Shown one piece after another: positions 1 through 9,901 of a stretch of DNA of 64,000 nt. The notes under the pieces were generated by a model that did not search any database, was not told the DNA's origin, and saw only the letters and a program-made list of their open reading frames with translations. The stretch covers positions 226 to 64,225 of the forward strand of contig JAAYCD010000093.1 in NCBI GenBank assembly GCA_012744375.1. The letters run 5' to 3'. Both the position numbers and the translations under genes were made by a program. The number at the start of each line of letters is the position of its first letter. Position 1 is the first letter of the stretch. The DNA is from Erysipelotrichaceae bacterium. GTDB taxonomy: Bacteria; Bacillota_I; Bacilli_A; RFN20; CAG-826.

Positions 1-2
1 CC

Positions 3-1322
3 AGAAATAATGCCATTAGCAATACCAGTCATTCCGACCATGATTGCTCCATATAACGCCATGGACAAACCATCAGAACGGATGCCGTGTTTTGCTTCTT
101 GGTGATCAGAAACGTCTGCCAATAAAGCAAGGGAAATATACATAGCAGGAGCGCCACCTAAAGCTTTAATGACAAAAGCAACGATTGCTAAAATGAAGTT
201 ATCACCAGCAATAATGCCCAAGACACCACCGATAACAGCGATGAAACCGCCGAGAAGAATTAATTTACCTTTGCCAATTTTGTTGGATAATGGCCAACAA
301 ACAACCATACCAAGCGCGGTTGGAATAGCGCCGATAATGGCTAATAAACCTGATTTTGCGCCACCTAAGTCATTAACTTCTTTAATAGTTTGATTAATAT
401 CACCAGATAAACCCCAAAGGGCGTTGCAATAATATAATTGCGCGCAGTTTTTAAGCATGCCACCTAATTGGTATAAGAAGAAGAAAACAATCATGATCCA
501 CCAGAATTTATCTTTGGAGCAGATTCTCCATTGTTGTCTAACACCAACTTTGTTGGCCGCTTCTTCTTCAGCGGTTTGGTGAGAAGAGATTTCAAGTTGT
601 TCTTCGCTAATTCTTTCACGCGTGAAAGCGAATTCTAAAATAGTACCGATAATGGTGATGATAACTAATACGAGAGCGACCCATTTTAACACCTCGTACG
701 CTCTTGTTGGTTCATCGAAGATAGTGCCGATAAAGAATGGTAAAGCCATGGTACAAACGCCCATTGCGCCTAAAATTGCTGCGTTAGATAAGGTGGCCAA
801 TAAGCCCCTTGCTTTACTATCACGAGTAGATAAACCGACTAATGCGGAGTGAGAGGCATAATAAAGTGGATAGCCAACGGAAAAATATAAATTGTAACCG
901 ATAGCAACCATGATACAGGTAATAAGACCATTTTCATTAATGCCACTTGATGCTTTCATCGGAGTGAAGAAGAAGATGACGAAGAAAGCTAACACTAATA
1001 ATGGCAAACTAATTAATAATAATGGTCTAGCTCTGCCAGCTTTAGTGTTGTACTTGTTTATCAATCTACCGACTACAAGGTTTCCAGTAACTACGAGAAC
1101 AACTGATAAAACTTGTAACAAGATTAAGAAAACCGGTGCCCAAGAAGATAAACCCAAAACATCGGTGTAGTATTTTTGTAAATAACTTGCGATGAATGAG
1201 TTACTAACCAAAGCTAAAATTGGGCCAACTAAATAGCCCAACGCACCTTCTGGAAATAGCTTTGCATTGTTTTTGTCGACTCTTGCTCTAAATAGAGGCT
1301 TGTCGAAGATAGAAGACTTCAT
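3..1322 (-). CDS. MFS / glycoside-pentoside-hexuronide (GPH) family sugar:cation symporter, 3' end runs off the window
   Basis: Not in the ORF track (no stop in window). Manual translation from ATG at 1322: MKSSIFDKPLFRARVDKNNAKLFPEGALGYLVGPILALVSNSFIASYLQKYYTDVLG...GRLINKYNTKAGRARPLLL. YYTDVLG and T..GR.RP are GPH/MelB-like motifs; many hydrophobic segments. Confidence 0.8.
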   Translation of the reverse strand, partial: MKSSIFDKPLFRARVDKNNAKLFPEGALGYLVGPILALVSNSFIASYLQKYYTDVLGLSSWAPVFLILLQVLSVVLVVTGNLVVGRLINKYNTKAGRARPLLLISLPLLVLAFFVIFFFTPMKASSGINENGLITCIMVAIGYNLYFSVGYPLYYASHSALVGLSTRDSKARGLLATLSNAAILGAMGVCTMALPFFIGTIFDEPTRAYEVLKWVALVLVIITIIGTILEFAFTRERISEEQLEISSHQTAEEEAANKVGVRQQWRICSKDKFWWIMIVFFFLYQLGGMLKNCAQLYYCNALWGLSGDINQTIKEVNDLGGAKSGLLAIIGAIPTALGMVVCWPLSNKIGKGKLILLGGFIAVIGGVLGIIAGDNFILAIVAFVIKALGGAPAMYISLALLADVSDHQEAKHGIRSDGLSMALYGAIMVGMTGIANGIIS

Positions 1323-1510
1323 AAGAATCTTTTCCTTTCCTTTTCCAGATATGTAAATATATCTTAATCAATATATTACACTTATGAATGTTTTGCAATT
1401 GTCAAAATGGCGCAAAATTGCCATAATTCAGCATAAAATTGAAAAAGATTTATTAATTTCCATTAATAATTAATCAGCCTATTGAATGAATGCGTTATAA
1501 AAAAACTCCC

Positions 1511-2137
1511 TTATTTGAGAGCTTTATTGATATCGAAGGGAAAACGTTTAATGCTAATCATTTTCACAACAAAAGGAGTAATACCTTTTACGGTAATGGA
1601 TACAATGTGTTTATCGTGCATCAAAGAGCGACATTGATAATCTACTCCCTTATATGTTTTGATACCGTTAAGTGGTAAACTCGGCACTTCTTTAATCTTG
1701 TTAATTGTGACGCCCATGCATTTAATTAAGCTTTCTTTAGCGCACCATAAGTAATAAAAATCTTCGTGATTTTTCAATAACTTAGTTTCAGCTACATTAA
1801 ATATTTTATTTAAGACTGACATATCACGCAAAGTAACTTCTTCAATGTCAACACCAACCTCACTTTCGGCAATAGCCATCACCAAATATTTACCCGAATG
1901 AGAAATATTGAAGTGAGGAGCAACGTCAAAATAAGGTTTGCCAAACATATTAGTTTTTTCTTCGCTTTTCGATAGTTGATTTTTTAAGTATGACGAAATA
2001 AGCGATCGTAACTGGTCGACTTCTTTAACACATCTCTTTATTTTAGTTTGTTGAGTTTCATTGAGTGTTTTGAGAAGATCGCTTTTATACTTTTTTGCGA
2101 GATTGATGTCAACGATTAATAAGTGTACTACAGCCAT
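1511..2137 (-). CDS. 4'-phosphopantetheinyl transferase, Sfp type
   Basis: GKPY...FNISHSG, VGVDIE and LWCAKES.IK..G motifs; 208 aa. Confidence 0.88.
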   Translation of the reverse strand: MAVVHLLIVDINLAKKYKSDLLKTLNETQQTKIKRCVKEVDQLRSLISSYLKNQLSKSEEKTNMFGKPYFDVAPHFNISHSGKYLVMAIAESEVGVDIEEVTLRDMSVLNKIFNVAETKLLKNHEDFYYLWCAKESLIKCMGVTINKIKEVPSLPLNGIKTYKGVDYQCRSLMHDKHIVSITVKGITPFVVKMISIKRFPFDINKALK

Positions 2138-2223
2138 AGTTTCATCATAGGCTAGGCAAATTAATAATTAAAGATTTTAGCGCAAAAAGATATAAACTTT
2201 GTCAGGAAATCTATATACTACTA

Positions 2224-3621
2224 ATGGTTGATAATATGAAACAAAATGTTGGCGTTTTATTACCAGTCTCGGCCTTACCTGGAAAGCATGGTATTGGTGA
2301 CTTTTCTCGTTGTGCGTATGCTTTTGTTGACTGGCTAAAAATTAGCAATTATCATTACTGGCAAATCCTCCCTCTTAATCCTCTTGGCCCGGGAGATTCG
2401 CCATATGTTTCAGTGTGCAGCGAAGCCATCGATATACGTTACATCGACCTAGATTACTTGGTGAAAATAAAGCTATTAGATAGTGTCCCAACTTATAAAC
2501 CAAATAGTCAATCTATCGACTATAATGGTGTTCAAAGGTTCAAAGAAAAGTACTTAAAGAAGGCATTTTCTCGTTTGAAAAATAAGCCATACGGGTATCA
2601 AAAATTCAAAAACGAAAATCCATGGGTAGAACGCTATTCGCGCTTTCTTATCTTGCAAAAACTAAACAAGTTCAAACCATGGAATGAATGGACTATTTTT
2701 GAGATTAATAATAAGCAAAATATTGAATTTAATTTCCATATTTGGTGCCAATTTATTGCGGCAAAATTGTGGAAAAAAATATTTAATTTTGCAAATAAAA
2801 ATAATGTGCAAATAATTGCAGATTGTCCATTCTATGTTGGCTTTGATAGCGTTGATTGCTACTTTAATAAAGAAGTGTTTGAATTAGACGAAAATAACTA
2901 CCCGTCCCTAGTATCTGGGTGCCCCCCTGACGCCTTTTCTGATACTGGACAACTATGGGGAACGCCAGTATATAATTTTGAAAAAATGAAAAATAATAAT
3001 TATGATTTTTTAATTAATAGAATTTATTTTTTGGCAAACAAATGTAATATTTTACGTTTAGATCACTTCCGTGCTTTTGATACTTATTGTGTTATTCCAG
3101 CCTCTGACAAAAACGCCTTACGTGGACAATGGTTAGTTGGTCCAAGAGAGCACTTTTTTGATCGACTTTTTTCCCTATACCCAAACATAAAATTAATCGC
3201 CGAAGATTTGGGTATACTTTTCGAGAGTGTTCACGAATTAAGAGATGCTTATCATCTTCCAGGGATGCGCGTCATTCAATTTAATATTTTTGACACCGAA
3301 CCGAGCAACCAACATTTTGTTCTTTATCCAGGTACACACGATAACCAAACTCTTTTTGGCTGGCTTAAATCACTTGATGAACAAACCATTAATCGACTTA
3401 AAGAAAAGTTAAATTTTCCAAATGATTTATATTCCGCGTTATTTGATTTTATTTGGAACGCAAATAGTTTCATTACCATTTTTCCATTACAAGATTTGTT
3501 GAAATTAGATAATCGCGCAAGAATAAACACCCCTGGAACAGTAGGAAAACCGAATTGGTGCTTCAAATTGCGCGACATGTCTTGGCAAAAGAAGATTAAA
3601 TGTGGATACAATAAAATATAA
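2224..3621 (+). CDS. malQ: 4-alpha-glucanotransferase (amylomaltase, GH77)
   Basis: GVLLPVSALPG..GIGDF, WQILPLNP, GQLWGTPVY, LRLDHFRAF, IAEDLG, GTHDN, RINTPGT..NW; start could be ATG 2236. Confidence 0.95.
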   Translation: MVDNMKQNVGVLLPVSALPGKHGIGDFSRCAYAFVDWLKISNYHYWQILPLNPLGPGDSPYVSVCSEAIDIRYIDLDYLVKIKLLDSVPTYKPNSQSIDYNGVQRFKEKYLKKAFSRLKNKPYGYQKFKNENPWVERYSRFLILQKLNKFKPWNEWTIFEINNKQNIEFNFHIWCQFIAAKLWKKIFNFANKNNVQIIADCPFYVGFDSVDCYFNKEVFELDENNYPSLVSGCPPDAFSDTGQLWGTPVYNFEKMKNNNYDFLINRIYFLANKCNILRLDHFRAFDTYCVIPASDKNALRGQWLVGPREHFFDRLFSLYPNIKLIAEDLGILFESVHELRDAYHLPGMRVIQFNIFDTEPSNQHFVLYPGTHDNQTLFGWLKSLDEQTINRLKEKLNFPNDLYSALFDFIWNANSFITIFPLQDLLKLDNRARINTPGTVGKPNWCFKLRDMSWQKKIKCGYNKI

Positions 3622-3676
3622 TTAAACATAAAAAAACATTCATTTGAGTTAAGGATTAATATGCTATTATAGTTTT

Positions 3677-4672
3677 ATGAAAAGAAAAATATCAGCCTTA
3701 TTAGTGTCATCATTTTTATTATTAAGCGCTTGCAATGGACAAAACAAAACATACGATTCCAGCGATTACATTCTTGAACTTCCATATCAAGAAAACTTCC
3801 GCGTTTTGCAATTAACCGATTTACACATTGCCGACAAGGACAATCAAGATTTACATTTTGATTTCATGGATATTACCATCAACGAATCTCGCCCCGATTT
3901 AATTGTAGTTACGGGTGATGTATTTACTTTTGCTTCTAAAGGAACGGCGAGAAGACTATGCAATTATTTGGATAGTTATGATGTTCCATGGACTGTGGTT
4001 TTTGGTAATCACGATGAACAATGTCTTTTTTCTATTGAATGGTTTTCCAACTATTTAACTAACTATGGCTCTAACTGCATCTTTAAGGATTTGCCAAACG
4101 ATGATGTTTATGGAAACTGCAATTTCGTTATTAATTTAATGAAGAACAACACAATACATGAACAAATCATTCTCATGGATACAAATCGCTATAACTATAA
4201 TGGTGTCTTTGGCTACGACCACGTTAAACAAAGCCAAATTGCTTGGTATGAGAAAATGGTAAACTATTCTACCTCACAAAATGGTGGTGTGATTGTTCCG
4301 TCTACTCTTTATTACCACATTCCACTTCCTGAAATAAATGAAGCTTGGGAAAAAGCACAAACCGGCCAAGATGGTGCGACGCTTGATTATGGTGAAAAAA
4401 GAGAAAAATCTTATCCGCCTGCTTATAATAGTGGTTTGTTTGATAAAATTGTTGAACTCGGTTCCACGAGGGCCATGTTTTTCGGTCATGATCATCTCAA
4501 CAACTTCCGCATTACCTATAAAGGTGTAACTTTTGGTTATGGCATTAAGTCTACCGATAGAATTTATTATGCTGAAGATTTAATGGGTGGTAGAACCATG
4601 ATTATTCATGATGACCATTCCTTAACATATGAAGAGCATTATCACACATATGACGAGGTAAACTATGATTAA
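3677..4672 (+). CDS. lipoprotein, calcineurin-like metallophosphoesterase
   Basis: Lipobox LLLSAC; DLH, GD, GNHD, HIP and GHDH metal-binding motifs. Confidence 0.85.
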   Translation: MKRKISALLVSSFLLLSACNGQNKTYDSSDYILELPYQENFRVLQLTDLHIADKDNQDLHFDFMDITINESRPDLIVVTGDVFTFASKGTARRLCNYLDSYDVPWTVVFGNHDEQCLFSIEWFSNYLTNYGSNCIFKDLPNDDVYGNCNFVINLMKNNTIHEQIILMDTNRYNYNGVFGYDHVKQSQIAWYEKMVNYSTSQNGGVIVPSTLYYHIPLPEINEAWEKAQTGQDGATLDYGEKREKSYPPAYNSGLFDKIVELGSTRAMFFGHDHLNNFRITYKGVTFGYGIKSTDRIYYAEDLMGGRTMIIHDDHSLTYEEHYHTYDEVNYD

Positions 4673-5543
4673 TAAGAAGTATTTAGTTATTGCTCTAGCC
4701 ACTGTAGTTTTAATTGGTTCTTTGGCAACCTTTTATGGCTGTAACTATCTTTTTAGTGATATTTCAAACTACGCAACTGGCTCATCTTTAGTTAATATAT
4801 TTGTCAATTTCCCAATCGTCATGTTTGCAGCCATGATGGTGAGCGCTCCATTATTTTTATTGCGTTTATATCAAAGACCAAAGACCATCAAGCGTTTAAC
4901 TACTAATTATTTAATCATTGCTTTTATTCTTTCGCTTTTGGGGTTTGTTGGCGCTTTAGTTTCCGGAATCGTCGTTTATAAATCTTTCCTCAAACCTTAT
5001 CCATTCCCAGGATATTTAATCATTGGTTTAATTTTTCACCTTATCGTTATGGTTAGTTCAGTTTTGCTTTATTTTTTAATCATCAAGCAACTCAAAGAGG
5101 ATGAGGAAAAATTTAAAGTCACACCAAAATATGTTTTCTACACTTTTGGAATGTTTTTATTCATTAGTTTAATGTATAACCGTCTTGGTGGTTTGCTTCT
5201 TGCAGGCTTTTTCATGACATCAAGCACATGGTTATTAACTCTACCATTATATTTATGGCTGGTTATTCCTCTTGCTTTATTAACAATTAAAGCAATCTCT
5301 ATTATTTTTAAGCCTATCAATTTATTGATTCCTTCTTTGGCGATAGGGGCTTTAAATATCATCATTTTTGTTCCCGTTATCTTTTTAACCCTAACCGACA
5401 CATTATATGTTTCTTCAGTCTCCCCACTTATGCCATTAGAACGCCTTATCTCAATGCCAATCGAAACCATTGTGCACTTTATCATCATATTCAGTGTTTC
5501 CCTTGCATACGTGCTAAAAGAGAAGAAAAAACTAAATACCTAA
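4665..5543 (+). CDS. polytopic membrane protein, unknown function
   Basis: 292 aa, about 8 hydrophobic segments; overlaps the upstream gene by 8 nt, GAGG SD. Confidence 0.7.
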   Translation: MINKKYLVIALATVVLIGSLATFYGCNYLFSDISNYATGSSLVNIFVNFPIVMFAAMMVSAPLFLLRLYQRPKTIKRLTTNYLIIAFILSLLGFVGALVSGIVVYKSFLKPYPFPGYLIIGLIFHLIVMVSSVLLYFLIIKQLKEDEEKFKVTPKYVFYTFGMFLFISLMYNRLGGLLLAGFFMTSSTWLLTLPLYLWLVIPLALLTIKAISIIFKPINLLIPSLAIGALNIIIFVPVIFLTLTDTLYVSSVSPLMPLERLISMPIETIVHFIIIFSVSLAYVLKEKKKLNT

Positions 5544-5569
5544 CATTAAAAGAAAGCCTAACAAATCAG

Positions 5570-6091
5570 TTAGGTTCTTTTTTTGATTAATAGCTGAACA
5601 ATGATAATGGCAATTATTATTTTAATGATATCGAATGGTATATATGGGTAAACAGACACAAATAGTGCATTTTTAAAACTCATATCTAAGTACCAACAAA
5701 AGAAAGCGGTTCCGATGGCATAACATGCTATTAATGAAACCACACAGGCAATGCCCATCCTTATAACTGAATTTTTAATTTTTAGTTTATTTAAGAAGTA
5801 TAAAAGAATAACGATTACTACAAAAGAAATCACATAACCGAAAGTTGGGGATATACCCACAGAAAATCCTGCATAAACTGGCAAGAATAAACCGATAAGC
5901 AAATATAACGCAGTAATAATTATCGCATCAAAAACTGAATATGCAGTAAGTCCAATAATAAAAACAAGCAGCAATTGTAAAGATAATTTGATGTTATCTC
6001 CTAACGGAACGGCAAACATGCCGATAACACAAAGAAACGCCAGCATAATGGCGTTTCTGGTTATTCTTTTTATCGCTATATAACGATCCAT
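5570..6091 (-). CDS. bioY: biotin ECF transporter S-component BioY
   Basis: SLQ, YLLIG.FLPVYAG...PTFGY, PYIPFDIIK; 173 aa membrane protein. Confidence 0.85.
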   Translation of the reverse strand: MDRYIAIKRITRNAIMLAFLCVIGMFAVPLGDNIKLSLQLLLVFIIGLTAYSVFDAIIITALYLLIGLFLPVYAGFSVGISPTFGYVISFVVIVILLYFLNKLKIKNSVIRMGIACVVSLIACYAIGTAFFCWYLDMSFKNALFVSVYPYIPFDIIKIIIAIIIVQLLIKKRT

Positions 6092-6131
6092 AATCGCGAA
6101 ACCACTTTACTACACTTTCAAAAAGAAAAAA

Positions 6132-8375
6132 CTACTTAGCATATATATCGATATAATCGAGATTTGAACAAGCATTTTTCGTGGTGAAAACAATTGTGTT
6201 TTGGCCAGAATTAAAGTTCACAGCCGCCACATCCCAGTTTGTCCAATAATGGAAGTTCCAATTCGCTCTTGTTTCTGTGACCCTAGGCAAAATAACGTTA
6301 ATAATAGAATTCTCACCAACCACAGCGCTATTAATTTCTAGAGTAAAGAATTGATCGAATGTATAGTCGGCATCTTCCCTACGTGAAATACCTAATGTGA
6401 TAATCGCTTGGCAATCTTTCGATGCCACATAAGTAAAAGCCAACTTTATATTAGGGTTCGGGTTAAGTTCGCTAACGTATTGCCCGCCATTATTTCCAGA
6501 AAGCACTTCGTCGGGCCTTAAGGAGCTTTTACCCTTTACTTGACCACCGCCTTCGCGAGCAGCATCTTCTGCTTCAAGTCGATAGGGAGTGACGCCTTGT
6601 TTAAAAGCATCCGCGGCTTGTTGCGGGGTTTGGTTTGGGCCAACGTTCCACCAGCCATCTGGATTTCCGCCTCCACCACCTGGATTTCCACCAGACCCTC
6701 CAGAATCGTATCCTTCCTTACCATTTTGTGTCCAAACAGGATGTGAGCTGTTAGCAGGAAGTAGTTCGCCATTATACATAGTGGTTAAATAAGCAACTCT
6801 TCTTTGAATCCATTGTTTTAATAGATCCTTGTTTTCCGCTTGTGTTTTTAAAGGGTGATAAATCGGACGGACTTCATTGTTACCAAGCCAACCGCCTTCA
6901 TCAACGGTGTTTTTGCCTATGGTGTGAGGCCATTTTTCGAAGTTTTTCTTGTAATCTTCTACGTATAATTCAGCGCGATTGTCGAGGAATTGATAAGCTC
7001 TATTAAATAAATCAGCTTCTAATAATTCTTGCCATCTTGTTTGTACTTTTTGCATAAACCAATCTGCCTTGCATACTAATGCGAGCCATGGATTTGAAGA
7101 AAACGCTGCAAACATTTGTTCGGCACTTTCAACTGTATTAACTTTAAGTCCCAATGATGAGTCCCAATCCCAAGGACAATTCATAGTTAATAATTTGTTG
7201 CCCTCGGCAGACATATCTAACGAGAAATAGAATGAGCCACGACCAATATCAGCGTCGCAAGCAATTTCGTTGAGAATATAGGTGTTAACGAATGAATCAA
7301 TATCGATTAATTTGCTTACCGCTTCTTCGGAAGAGGTGGCACTTGAATTAATCAAATCACCTGCAGTATTTAATTCTTGGTAGACTTTTGGACTGCTAGC
7401 AATCGCCTTATAAAGAGCAGTGTATGTATTTTTTACGCGTTTTTGTAAATATGTGACTTGTTGAGGGTTAGTAATTTCGCTAGCAATTGTATAACCATCT
7501 GCTGGTTCTTCTTCGCCAAGTAATCTATTACCTGCAAAAGTAGGAATATAATCGGTTTTTTTCATTTCAAAAGCATAATCGCCTTGGGCTTGAGCTTCTT
7601 TCCAATAAGAGTCGAGTTCAAAGAAATAACCGATATCAACGCCAGTGTATCCTTCTTTTGGTTCATTAATATCAACGCGGCCAGGATTAACTTCTTTGTT
7701 TTCTCCTAATAGGTACATGCCCCAGTAGTTGTTATTGATATATAAATGTACAGGAGTAAAATCCGGAACATAATATCCATCTAAAATTTTTTCAGCCATG
7801 AAATAAGTAACAGCATTACGAGACAAAGATGAATCTTTAACATCTGCTAACAAGACCCATTTCTTATATTTTTGTCCATTGTTCAAACCAAAGAAATTGG
7901 TTTTGGAGTCGAACTTAATACGGAACGGTTTCTTTTGATAGTTAGCAGTATAGTTACCTCTTACACGCATCTCTGCAACCGCATTTGTAATAACAAAATC
8001 CTCATCACAATTTGAGGTAGTAATTGTTCCAATTACTTCAGGTCTTGGATTAGTGGTCCTATTTGGTTTTGTAGCAAAATCTAAATTTTGGCCCTCAACT
8101 GTATTAAAAGTAACAATCGGAGCTTTTAACTCAGCATCCGTTGGTGGAACAAAATAACTGCTTGGCATTGGTCTAGCTGTAGAAGTGCTTTGCGCTTTGC
8201 TACTGCTATTGATAGAACTAGAAGCACGTGTTGAACTGCGATTAGAACTCGATGATTTAAGTGCTGAAGAGGTTTTGCTTGATTGTCCGTGTGATTGACT
8301 TGAGTTATCGATATTTGCGCACCCAACCATTAAAGTGGTTGCTACAAGCAACAAAAATAGTCTTTTAAACTTCAT
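6132..8375 (-). CDS. CotH-kinase-family lipoprotein with Ser-rich linker and C-terminal CBM6/CBM35-like domain
   Basis: Lipobox LMVGC; RVRGN.T...KKPFRIKFD, KKWVLLAD, YWGMYLLGE, PWDWD; Gly/Asn/Pro linker; C-terminal LEAEDA...GQNTIVF...NLDYIDI. Confidence 0.8.
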   Translation of the reverse strand: MKFKRLFLLLVATTLMVGCANIDNSSQSHGQSSKTSSALKSSSSNRSSTRASSSINSSSKAQSTSTARPMPSSYFVPPTDAELKAPIVTFNTVEGQNLDFATKPNRTTNPRPEVIGTITTSNCDEDFVITNAVAEMRVRGNYTANYQKKPFRIKFDSKTNFFGLNNGQKYKKWVLLADVKDSSLSRNAVTYFMAEKILDGYYVPDFTPVHLYINNNYWGMYLLGENKEVNPGRVDINEPKEGYTGVDIGYFFELDSYWKEAQAQGDYAFEMKKTDYIPTFAGNRLLGEEEPADGYTIASEITNPQQVTYLQKRVKNTYTALYKAIASSPKVYQELNTAGDLINSSATSSEEAVSKLIDIDSFVNTYILNEIACDADIGRGSFYFSLDMSAEGNKLLTMNCPWDWDSSLGLKVNTVESAEQMFAAFSSNPWLALVCKADWFMQKVQTRWQELLEADLFNRAYQFLDNRAELYVEDYKKNFEKWPHTIGKNTVDEGGWLGNNEVRPIYHPLKTQAENKDLLKQWIQRRVAYLTTMYNGELLPANSSHPVWTQNGKEGYDSGGSGGNPGGGGGNPDGWWNVGPNQTPQQAADAFKQGVTPYRLEAEDAAREGGGQVKGKSSLRPDEVLSGNNGGQYVSELNPNPNIKLAFTYVASKDCQAIITLGISRREDADYTFDQFFTLEINSAVVGENSIINVILPRVTETRANWNFHYWTNWDVAAVNFNSGQNTIVFTTKNACSNLDYIDIYAK

Positions 8376-8528
8376 AATATTGGTCTCCTATACCTGTTAA
8401 CTATATTATAAACCTTTATTACTAAACTAGTAAAATTATGAGTTTACCAATGACTATCGTGCGTTTTAAGACATTATGCAAATATTTGTTTAACGAAAAA
8501 TGATGTTTTGTTATAATGATGGATAGGT

Positions 8529-9899
8529 ATGGCGGTTCGTTTTCTCATCGTAAAACACCTCTCACTCGGTTTAGGTGTCTTAATAAAAAGAGAGCAACAT
8601 GATGTTGGTCGCATCTTTTTTGCCGACGGACAAATTATCAAAGATGTTTTGCTTTCGCACCCATACATGTCTGTAGCGGATAACATGTCGTTAACTAAAT
8701 TCGTATCGCTCGGACTTTTCGAAGGTTTGTTTGATGATGGAAATAAGAAAAAAGCTTTGTTGTATGTTGATAATGCAATTAAAGATATGCATATCAATGA
8801 AAACGAATGTTATGGTACGATTGTGGGAACTAAAGAATACTCGTTCAGAATTTCAATCGACAAGAATTCATTTATTAACCTATCTTGCACATGTCAGAAA
8901 GAAGGAACTTGCAAACATTTATATGCTGTTTTTCTTAAAATGAAACAGCTATTAGATCGCAGTCCAAATAAAACAGTTGCCAATCCAAATATCAACTCAA
9001 ACGACGTTAAGGATATGCTTGAGAAGTATTTTTATGTCCGCAGTGGCGATAACATCCCACTGCTAAGTCGCTTAAATTTTCGCATCAAAACGTTTGACAA
9101 ATGCCAACAGTTTGTTGAGTTACTCACCTCCTATTATCTTAGAGGCCAATATAAAGCCCGCGCCATCAACGATGTTTTAGCTCCTTTGTTTTTCAATCCA
9201 AACAATGAGAAAAATTTTATTGCTCTTCTAAATGTTGCTTCTACTGATAGTCAAAATATGATAAATGAAGCAAGAAACGTATATGTTTCGTTGAAAAATG
9301 ATTTTGAAAAGAAAACATCTCCTACAAAAAAAGTTAATCTTTATCATATTATTTTATATCCTAACTGCAAAGCATTGGTGGAATTGCTTTCCCATGCATC
9401 CGATAATTTCAACGAAGAAAGATTAGCCAACCAAGTGATGGTGGAGTATTTAAAATTCCAAGATTTAACAATTGAGGATATATCCTTGCTCAAAGGAGCA
9501 TTTTTGTTTCAGATGAATCATCATTATTATGTCTCAGATATTATGAATGGTCCGGCTAAATCATTTCTCGGGACATATCTATTGCTTTTTGATGAATTGC
9601 CTTTAAACGACAACAAGATTAAGCAAATTCCTTTTGAGTATTTCCTACGAGTTTCCTCTTTTAGCAACGACAAGAGTCGTTACATTCCAATTGTTTACAA
9701 TAATTTTGATGATATAAAAGAGGAATATTACCCTACATTAATTGAACTACTTATCGGTGTTGCGTTACAACATGATTTCGTAGATGAGCGCGTTATTCGT
9801 CTTGCGATCGAACTCAGCAAAAAAATTCCCGATTCAACGTTTATTAATGAACTAGTAGAAGCTAATATTAGAAGACCTAAAAAGGCACGCGTGTATTAA
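8529..9899 (+). CDS. SWIM zinc-finger domain protein
   Basis: GTIVGTKEY...SCTCQKEGTCKHLYAV fits CxC-xn-CxH; TATAAT at 8512-8517 upstream. Confidence 0.75.
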   Translation: MAVRFLIVKHLSLGLGVLIKREQHDVGRIFFADGQIIKDVLLSHPYMSVADNMSLTKFVSLGLFEGLFDDGNKKKALLYVDNAIKDMHINENECYGTIVGTKEYSFRISIDKNSFINLSCTCQKEGTCKHLYAVFLKMKQLLDRSPNKTVANPNINSNDVKDMLEKYFYVRSGDNIPLLSRLNFRIKTFDKCQQFVELLTSYYLRGQYKARAINDVLAPLFFNPNNEKNFIALLNVASTDSQNMINEARNVYVSLKNDFEKKTSPTKKVNLYHIILYPNCKALVELLSHASDNFNEERLANQVMVEYLKFQDLTIEDISLLKGAFLFQMNHHYYVSDIMNGPAKSFLGTYLLLFDELPLNDNKIKQIPFEYFLRVSSFSNDKSRYIPIVYNNFDDIKEEYYPTLIELLIGVALQHDFVDERVIRLAIELSKKIPDSTFINELVEANIRRPKKARVY

Positions 9900-9901
9900 T
9901 T

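Noticed and set aside
169..1170. Three short + strand ORFs (74, 76, 86 aa)
   Set aside because: Antisense shadows of the minus-strand GPH transporter
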